Source: Tubulanus polymorphus
Lineage: Eukaryota; Animalia; Nemertea
NCBI RefSeq assembly: GCF_964204645.1
Contig: NC_134026.1
Location: 31,458,250 to 31,522,249 of the forward strand
DNA: 64,000 nt
Direction of reading: 5' to 3'
Part shown: positions 1-10,500 of the stretch, piece by piece
Layout of the letters: every line of letters begins with the position of its first letter
Position numbering within the stretch: the first letter of the stretch is position 1
Position numbers and translations under genes: made by a program
Notes under the pieces: generated by a model
What the model was told of the DNA's origin: nothing
Database searches by the model: none
The model's input: the letters and a program-made list of their open reading frames with translations, nothing else

Positions 1-125
1 CCTGAGTTCACAGTTAACTCTAACTCACAACTGTGGAACTGGATCCTGAGTTCACAGTTAACTCTAACTCATAACTGTGGAACTGGATCCTGAGTTCACA
101 GTTAACTCACAACTGTCGATCCTGG
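1..125. repeat. Tandem repeat, ~44-bp unit (cctgagttcacagttaactctaactcacaactgtggaactggat), truncated by the window start
   Basis: About 2.7 near-identical copies visible directly. Confidence 0.8.
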
Positions 126-756
126 AGACTGTGACAACTTTCACTGAGAGACTGGAAAAACTAAGATAGTAATAATGAGGTGATTTAACAGGAGAAAGTG
201 ATATTTTAAATTCATCAGATAAATGTACTAGAAAATACAGCAATGATTTCATTGGCCTGAAAACTGATCTCTGCCTTGAAATAACTGACTGTAGTTTATT
301 GGAACATGAATCACGCATCACATCAACCATTACTGAAACAAATCAATCAATCAATATTTGATTGATTTCATCGATTGATTAATTGATTATTAAGGAGATG
401 AGGATATAAACTGCCGATGAATATAATACAACTACTTCATTCAGAGTTTTTGAGATTGCGTCACATGTCGTAGTATCCACAGCAAAACGGCATCCAGAAC
501 GTAACAGATGCACCTCGCAGCTGCAGCATCAGATCTTTCTGCAGCTGCATCATTAGATACATTGCAGCTACATGTTGCGATCGATTGGTCCTCTGTACAG
601 TGTGTGTGTGTAGTGTGTATATATTATTATTGATGACTATTTTAATACACATAATTTATGTGTGCGTATGTCGGGAGTGTGTATTGTAACTGCTGTAGCT
701 AAATGTAACTGGATGCTGGATACTGATGCTGCTGCTGTCTCATTGACAGGTTAGAT

Positions 757-1525
757 ATGATGGATGCTATTAGTTATCAGCAGAGGAATTTCGCCTCTGT
801 TATTCACAGTATAAATAAAGAGTTGATTGAAAAAGGTAAAACATGTCGTAGTTTTTACTGTCGTGTGTTTGTTCTATTTTTAGTTACTGTTTTGCTATGT
901 GTCAATAAATCCCCCTCCCCCAACCCGAACATCTGATCCCCTTATATAGACCCGCAGTTCTAACCCCCCAATACTTGGTGGTATGATCACTGTGGCTCTG
1001 ACAGTAACCCGGCACCACTCAGTGGTCATACTGTGTTGTAATTGGGCTCTTGTCATTACGATAAAAATGCATGAAGAAATAGTTCACATTCCAGGCTAAT
1101 TGCAAGATGTTGTTATTTATGAATTTTCTTCTGTTTTATTGTTTACAATCCATGCTTGTATTCTGTATTTTACCCTTGTATTCTGTACCCTGTATTCTGT
1201 ATTCTGTACCCTGTATTCTGTACCCTGTATTCTGTATTCTATACCCTGTATTACATTAATGCTCATTAGATGAAACCATTAAACTATAAAACTGCAATAA
1301 ACTGTAATTACATTCAACAAGGGAGAGACAGAGAGAGCCCCACTCGCCAGTGCTCACTCCCTACATCTCTCATCATCGCAATTCTGATATTTTATTTGAT
1401 AATTTAGGTCATGTTGGAGGAGTAGGAGCTGGAGGAGGAGGTGGAGGAGGTTTAGATCATAATCAGATGGATTACTCAATAGATACATCACCTCAATCTC
1501 ATCATCAGCATCATCATCAGCAGCA

Positions 1526-1589
<64 letters not shown>

Positions 1590-4500
1590 TCACAACAATA
1601 TCATCATCATCAGATGTCATCAAATATACCAGTAATAGAACATAAACAACTGATGACTGAAATGAGTAAGTATAACCCCCGGGGGGGGGGGGGGGGGGTT
1701 GGTAAGGGATGTATATCACAGGAAGGGGAGGAGGGGTGGAGGGGTGCGTTGGTGTAGTTTGATGGTGGATCCAAGCTGTACAGCTGTTGATTTTCTAGTA
1801 TTTCTGACTCAATCAACAAATCAGCAAAGCTTTAAATCCTCACAATGCAACAAACCCTCGGCCCTCTCCTACTCACCTTGTCTGGGATAAGCCCCTTTTC
1901 AAGATCTCTCACCCCCCAATACTGAAGTCTCGTGTAGAAATCTTTGCAGGTATTGTTAACAACAATCTCTTTCTCATTGATTCAGGGGCTCAGAACTTTG
2001 ATGTGATCCGGTTCGCCACCTATAGGACAGCGTGTAAACTACGATTCATACAAAAGAAAACTAGTCGTGAGTATTTATTAATTATCAATAGCAGACGACA
2101 GTGGGGTCGACTGGGGTATGACAGCAGACGACAGTGGAGTCAACTGGGGTACGACAGCAGACGACAGTGGGGTCGACTGGGGTACGACGGCAGACGACAG
2201 TGAGGTCGACTGGGGTACGACGGCAGACGACAGTGGGGTCGACTGGGGTACGACAGCAGACGACAGTGGGGTCGACTGGGGTACGACAGCAGACGACAGC
2301 GGAGTCAACTGGGGTACGACAGCAGACGACAGTGAGGTCAACTGGGGTATGACAGCAGACGACAGAGAGGTCGACTGGGGTACGACAGCAGACGACAGAG
2401 AGGTGATCCTAGAGTATGGCATCACAGAGAGTCGCGAGGCGCTGACCTACATCCAGTCGATCAGCGGTCTGTAGAACTAATGATATATTTGATCTTTTAT
2501 TTCAGTGCATTTAGTGGATATTTGGAATATAATTGAAGCATTCCGAGACAATGGATTAAACACATTGGATCACAATATCGAACTGAGTTTAACGCGGGTC
2601 GAATCTTTACTGAATTCCATTTATTATCAGTTAAACAAACGATTACCAAACGTACAACAAGTCAATCCTCAAATTATTATATCACAATTACAAAACTGGC
2701 TTCTCTACGTCTACGACAGGTATGTATCTACATGGTCAAATCAGTTAAACCCGGTCAAATCAGTTAAACATCACAGTCATCGCATCATCCCTATTTCTGA
2801 GTTCTAATTTATATTTATGATTCAGCATTACTTAAAACTCTAAGTCATCATTTGGATAAGTCATCAACATAATGATAGGCACATCTATGACAATGACTTC
2901 AGCAATGAGTTCCCGTGTAGTAACTGTTTAATATGATAATTATTTCAGAGAAGGCCGTGGTAAATTACGTGTGCTATCGGTGAAAGTGGCCCTGGCAATC
3001 ATGTGTTCTGGTAAACTCATGGATAAACTAAGATGTAAGTATATCCAGTATAACATGTAGAAATGGTATACGTGTTGGTGTAGTGAGTGTCAGGGCTGAA
3101 TCGTGTTGGTGTAGTGAGTGTCAGGGCTGAATCTCTGTGGGTGTCATGTCTCATACACGTGCTGTTGCTGCTCTATTTCAAGACAGATGTTTTAAAAAGA
3201 CAAAAGATACTTTTTTAAAGAATTAACTTCTCTTATTGACACCTTCAACTGACATTTGAATTAATGAGAAACGCTTCTGTTTGGTTCCAACTACCTCGAG
3301 ATAGTCCAAGTTTATTCCATTAATAGTAACTAACATTAACTAAAGTAAATGAAAGATTAATTCATTCATCCTTGGAATCTTTGGTATGGAACTCCACCTA
3401 CAAATAAACAACCACATTATTTCATGTTCATTCATGTGGGCCTCGTTTTCATGAGTTATTATTTTCAAATCAGCGTACCTTGGTTGAATTGTTGGGGCAT
3501 CTGTTGGTGGTTCTGTTGGGGCATCTGGTACTGGTTTTGTGGCATCTGGTTTTGGTTTTGGGGCATCTGGAATTGGTGTTGGGGCATCTGGAATTGGTGT
3601 TGGGGCATCTGGTTTTGGTTTTGGGGCATCTGGAATTGGTGTTGGGGCATCTGGAATTGGTGTTGGGGCATCTGGTTTTGGTTTTGGGGCATCTGGAATT
3701 GGTTTTGTGGCATCTGGTTTTGGTGGTGGGGCATCTGGTTCTGGTTTTGGGGCATCTGGAATTGGTTTTGTGGCATCTGGTTTTGGTGGTGGGCCATCTG
3801 GTTTTGGTTTTGTGGCATCTGGAATTGGTGTTGGGGCATCTGGTTTTGGTTTTGGGGCATCTGGAATTGGTTTTGTGGCATCTGGTTTTGGTGGTGGGGC
3901 ATCTGGTTTTGGTGTTGGGGTATCTGGAATTGGTGTTGGGGCATCTGGTTTTGGTGTTGGGGTATCTGGAACTGGTTTTGTGGCATCTGGTTTTGGTTTT
4001 GAGGCATCTGGAATTGGTTTTGGGGCATCTGGAATTGGTGTTGGGGCATCTGGTTTTGGTGGTTGGGCATCTGGAATTGGTTTTGTGGCATCTGGTTTTG
4101 GCGTTGGGGCATTTGGTTTTGGTATTGTGGCATTTGGTTTTGGGGCATCTGGTTTTGGCGTTGGGGCATTTGGTTTTGGTATTGTGGCATTTGGTTTTGG
4201 GGCATCTGGTTTTGGCGTTGGGGCATTTGGTTTTGGTATTGTGGCATTTGGTTTTGTGGCATCTGGTTTTGGTTTTGTGGCATCTGGTTTTGGTTTTGTG
4301 GCATCTGGTATTGGTTTTGTGGGGGTTTGAATTGGTTTTGTGGTTGCTGGTATTGTTGTGGTTGTGGTTGTTGATATTGGTTTCGTGCTTGTGGTTGTTG
4401 GTATTGTTGTGGTTGTTGACCTGGTTGTTGTGCTGGTTGTTGAGCAGTGTTTTGTCCTTGTTTAGTAGCAGCTCCTGGAACATACATGTACACATTACAT

Positions 4501-7500
4501 ACATGTACACATTAGATACATGTACGGGTACACATGTACACATCAAATTATTCTATCTGGAATTCAATGATAATATTTCCTTTTTTTTTTTTCTGAATAC
4601 AACAATGAATTACCTCCATTTTGTTTTGCCTTTTTCTTTGCTTCGGCCTCCTTTCTTTTTCTATCAAGTTCCATCACAAATTCTTTTGTCCACGGTTTTG
4701 GTCCAGTGGTATAACTTTTCGGTAAAGATGGAGGTTTCATAAACGACGACATCAGATCATTGCTACCTCCTCCTCCTCCGGTTAAACTAGGAAGGGATAA
4801 ACCTCCACTACCTCCACCACCTCCAAACGATCCACCTCCTAAGTCAGGAATCTTTGGTAATTCACCAAAATCGAATCCAGGAGGTGTTTTTTGTCCTACA
4901 TCGAGACTAACTGCAAATAAACCAAGTTTATTACGATAGGTAGAACACAATATCCGTGTTGACGCGATGAGGAGAGAATCCCACAATGATAATAAAAAGT
5001 CCGAAAATGAAAACTTCGAGATAGTAGTTTATTCAACGTTTCGACTATATCCTAATAGTCATCTTCAGGAATAATGAGATACTACAGAAATTATGAGATA
5101 TATATACAATCCAGAGACAAAGAGACTAATTCAAGTAATCAGAGATGATACAAACTAAAGGAAAATTAACGTAGAAACAGTTACACGCTAAAATAGATTA
5201 AAGGGAAGCAAACTAAGGGGTGATTATAAACAACAATAGTGAGTATAAATATAAATGAAACTCAAAGTCAGTAATAAAAAGAAAGACAAACTAAGGGGCA
5301 CTTAAATTAAAACAAAGGTGAATACAAGTTAAGTCAGAGACGAAATTGATGAGAGAACAAATAACAAATAATCAAAGGGGAAATCAAGTGTTGAGTTTAA
5401 CCAGTTTACAGAGGAATTTTGATATAAGTTTATTATGGGGTGAAAAACCATTATTAAGGTTTACAACGTTGTTCGAATTTTCAATAATTAATGCAGATTC
5501 CAAAATATGTCTTCTAGTTTTATCGCTGCAAGGGTAAACTAATTCAGCATTAGCAAAATCAAAATTGTGTGAAGTCTGAAAAACATGACTAGCAACTCCG
5601 CTTTCAGGTTTAAAGTTTTTTACATCTAATTTATGCTCTTTTATGCGTTGATTAAGATTCCGACCTGTTTCTCCTATATATACTTTGTCGCAAACTTTAC
5701 AAGGTATTTTATAAATTCCACAGTTTAGGGATTCGGTTTTCGGTTTGTTGTTAATCAATATGTTACTAAGTTTATTATTGTATTTAAAGATGAGTTGTTT
5801 ATTTAGTGACCGAAGAGAAACTTTAGAATTCTCGAGGAAAGGTACATACGGTACAATGATAGGCTGTTTATCGGTAGCCAACGTAGGAGTTCTAAGGTTG
5901 TTATTTCTAAAATGCGTAGTACGAGCTTTAAGTAGAGCTTTTTTCAATAGGAAATCGGGGTAGGCAAGTTTTTTGAGAGATTGGTTAATATGGTGAATTT
6001 CATCGGGTAGAAATGAGGGGTCGCAAATTCTCAAAGCGCGAAGAAATAATCCTTGAGCTAAACCGAGTTTAATATCCGGAGAAGTAAAAGAGAAGTAATG
6101 GAGGTAAGATTCAGCGTTGGTAGGTTTCCTATAAACCGCGAATTTCAAAAAGGATCCACAGTTAAAAATCAAAACATCCAGAAAAGGTATTTTACTATTA
6201 GATTCCCATTCATACGTAAAAGCCAGAGACGGGTAAAGGGAGTTTAAATATATAAGAAAGTTATCAACATTGAAGTCAAAGGGAACCAAAGCCAGAACAT
6301 CGTCAACATATCTGAGCCAGATTTTAGGGTGAATATCAGTGTAAAGAGGCAATATTTCAGATTCAACATGTTCTAGGAATAAATTAGCTAGAATAGGACT
6401 TAGAGGATTTCCCATAGCGATACCGAATGTCTGTTCGTAAAAACAATTGTTGAATTCAAAAAAGGAGTCCGTCGTACAAATAGAGATAAGGTCGATGATA
6501 CAAACCAAGTTTATATCGGTAAAATACTGTGGCATTGAGCAGACGTGTCGGAGGTCTGATCATGAGGATACTTACACGGACTTTTACCCAGAACATCTGT
6601 AACATAAATAACATATACATTATAAAAAACATCACGCAGTGAAGAACGACTGTTAACATTAGAGAGAGAGACATAGAGTAGATCGGTTCTGATCAGTGCA
6701 CAGACGTTCTCTTGAGAATTAACGCTTGGAATTTTTAGTTGCAAGGAAAAAGGTGATGAGTTAAGAAGAGTTTTACATCCCAACTGCAATTAGTAACAGT
6801 TTAACCCTAGTGGGTCTTAAGAGACGGCCAGGGCCTTTTTATAGGTTGTTATGGCTAAGTTAGCAGAGCTTAGTCCATGTCTCGACAGCCAACACCTGAG
6901 GTGATTTCGAACTAGGGACCTCTCGGTTCCCAGTCCTCCACTCAACCAACTGAGCTAACTGCACAGGACATGAGAATCTGAGTTCATTGTGGAAGGTTTT
7001 ACTGTAGATGAGAAAAAGGATAAAATGAAAGATAATTACCTGAGGTGTAAAGAATACTGATAACTATAAAGACAAGTGTGGACTTCATGGTTTCAGTAAG
7101 GCTAATGAATTCTAACTGCGTTTTACATGTGGGTACAAGTGTTGATTAATAGATATTGCACCTACGCTCAATTCCTATCTGTAACTGTCTCGTGTCTTAT
7201 TGTAGCAGGTTTTTTCTGTCTGAATGTTCGGGAATGTTGACAGTCTAGACAATGATCCGGGTCTCACGTGTGAAATACCATTCGTCACACATTTCACACG
7301 TTTAACAACATTTTTTAATGAACTAAAAAGTATTTAAGATATATCGACTTCGTTCTTCTCCACGTCAGACGTAGCTATGACTATTTCTAGTTTTAATAAT
7401 TGAATTTCCGTAGCGCCCTTTTCACTGATACAATGTTCAACAACGCTACACATTAAATTGGTATTTTTACCCCTAACCTTCTAACTCTAACCATGTATCA

Positions 7501-10500
7501 GTCATCTCTCCCATTTATCACTTCCGGCAATGAGGTCACTGAGGATAAATGTGTTGCCCGGGGACACTAGGGTAGTATGAGGTTTGAACCCGCGACCTGG
7601 CTGCCCAGAGTCGACCACTCGCCCCCACACTGATCTAAACCGTAACAGCTGTATATGTTTTTTATATATTACAGATATCTTCACTCTGGTGTCTGATAAT
7701 AATGGAATTTTACTACGACACAAATTTGAAGAATTTCTCAAAGATTCTCTTTCTCTACCGTGTTCGGTTTATGAAGAACCTTCGTTTGGTTATAATGAAG
7801 CTTGTTCCAGATCTATATTTGATGGGGTATGTATCCTCTTTAACCATTGATGTAAGGTAAAAATAAAAAGTGTCTGAAATGTTTCCTCGAAGCAAGTAGT
7901 TTATTTAATATTTCCACTTTATCCTGAGTCATCTTCAGGAATACTGATTCAACACTTTACCTATATTCTAAAAGTCATCTTCAGGAATACTGAATGTTAC
8001 CCTATTGATGAAACACTCTGAGTCCGTGTTGTGAAGATAATAAAAAATCCCTACACAATAAAAACAAACCGAAGTCCTAAGTGTTTCCTCGAGCTAATAG
8101 TTCATTCAACACTTTACCTGAAGCTTTGTACTTCAACTTCAGTATTCCTAAAGATGAGGATATTGTCGAAACAATGAATAAACTACACTAGCTCAAGGAA
8201 TGCAGTATTCCTGAAGATGACTATTAGGATAAAGTCGAAACGTTGAATAAACTACACTAGCTCAAGGAATACAGTATTCCTGAAGATGACTATTAGGATA
8301 AAGTCGAAACGTTGAATAAACTACACTAACTCAAGGAATACAGTATTCCTGAAGATGACTATTAGGATAAAGTCGAAACGTTGAATAAACTACACTAGCT
8401 CAAGGAATACAGTATTCCTGAAGATGACTATTAGGATATAGTCGAAACGTTGAATAAACTACACTAGCTCAAGGAATACAGTATTCCTGAAGATGACTAT
8501 TAGGATAAAGTCGAAACGTTGAATAAACTACACTAACTCAAGGAATACAGTATTCCTGAAGATGACTATTAGGATAAAGTCGAAACGTTGAATAAACTAC
8601 ACTAGCTCAAGGAATACAGTATTCCTGAAGATGACTATTAGGATATAGTCGAAACGTTGAATAAACTACACTAGCTCAAGGAATACAGTATTCCTGAAGA
8701 TGACTATTAGGATATAGTCGAAACGTTGAATAAACTACACTAGCTCAAGGAATACAGTATTCCTGAAGATGACTATTAGGATAAAGTCGAAACGTTGAAT
8801 AAACTACACTAACTCAAGGAATACAGTATTCCTGAAGATGACTATTAGGATAAAGTCGAAACGTTGAATAAACTACACTAGCTCAAGGAATACAGTATTC
8901 CTGAAGATGACTATTAGGATATAGTCGAAACGTTGAATAAACTACACTAGCTCAAGGAATACAGTATTCCTGAAGATGACTATTAGGATATAGTCGAAAC
9001 GTTGAATAAACTACACTAGCTCAAGGAATACAGTATTCCTGAAGATGACTATTAGGATATAGTCGAAACGTTGAATAAACTACACTAGCTCAAGGAATAC
9101 AGTATTCCTGAAGATGACTATTAGGATAAAGTCGAAACGTTGAATAAACTACACTAGCTCAAGGAATACAGTATTCCTGAAGATGACTATTAGGATAAAG
9201 TCGAAACGTTGAATAAACTACACTAGCTCAAGGAATACAGTATTCCTGAAGATGACTATTAGGATAAAGTCGAAACGTTGAATAAACTACACTAGCTCAA
9301 GGAATACAGTATTCCTGAAGATGACTATTAGAATATAGTCGAAACGTTGAATAAACTACACTAGCTCAAGGAATACAGTATTCCTGAAGATGACTATTAG
9401 GATAAAGTCGAAACGTTGAATAAACTACACTAGCTCAAGGAATACAGTATTCTGAAGATGACTATTAGGATAAAGTCGAAACGTTGAATAAACTACACTA
9501 GCTCAAGGAATACAGTATTCCTGAAGATGACTATTAGAATATAGTCGAAACGTTGAATAAACTACACTAGCTCAAGGAATACAGTATTCCTGAAGATGAC
9601 ATTAGGATAAAGTCGAAACGTTGAATAAACTACACTAGCTCAAGGAATACAGTATTCCTGAAGATGACTATTAGGATAAAGTCGAAACGTTGAATAAACT
9701 ACACTAGCTCAAGGAATACAGTATTCCTGAAGATGACTATTAGGATAAAGTCGAAACATTGAATACATGTAGTATAGTGTGATGTGAAGCTATGACACTG
9801 ATATTGAAATGTAGAGTTCTAATTCTTTGTAGAGAGGAAAAATAAATGTGAATGATTTTCTGGATACAATGATGTCAGATCCCGGACCTCAGTGTTTACT
9901 ATGGTTGCCAATTCTACATAGAATGGCTGGAGTTGAAAATGGTAGGTTTAAAACATTGAAAAAAATTCTGTTATCAAAAAATGTTATCAAGGCTTGACTA
10001 TTGATTATATTTCAGTATTTCATCCCGTTCAATGCGAAGGCTGCCACCGAGAATCGTTTATGGGATTTCGATATAAATGTCAAAGATGTTATAATTATCA
10101 GTTGTGTCAGGATTGTTTCTGGAGAGGACGAACGTCTGGTAACCATAGCAACGATCATGAAATGAAGGAATATTCGTCGTATGTGAGTATATTCACCACC
10201 AGGTGGCGCTGCTGCTGTTGCGATGGTGATGATGGTTTTTATCGCTTTCATTAACCGGTTTTATTTCAGTACGATGAGTTGTCTGTTTTTTTCCATGCAT
10301 ATCTCTCAGGATTCAGTATGTACACTACTAACTGTCGATTGGAATCCTCGTCTTGTTTTACCCCTCCCTTTCCTTATTGACTTAGTTTAGTTCTAGCACT
10401 GGCGATGTCAGTTTAGTTCTAGCACTGGCGAGTGAGCGTCAGTATAGTTCTAGCACTGGCGAGTGAGCGTCAGTATAGTTCTAGCACTGGCGAGTGAACG

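Noticed and set aside
3424-4742. Plus-strand ORFs rich in W/C/G, L/V/H or G/A/S/F (silk-like)
   Set aside because: They are alternative frames of the 21-bp repeat. Only the minus-strand Gln-rich frame joins by splice sites to a signal-peptide exon and a terminal exon.
6890-6963. Functional tRNA gene
   Set aside because: A and B boxes are present but there is no acceptor stem pairing; better explained as a SINE head.
8141-9765. 69-bp array as a CRISPR array
   Set aside because: Units are identical end to end with no unique spacers, there are no cas genes, and the context is a eukaryotic intron.
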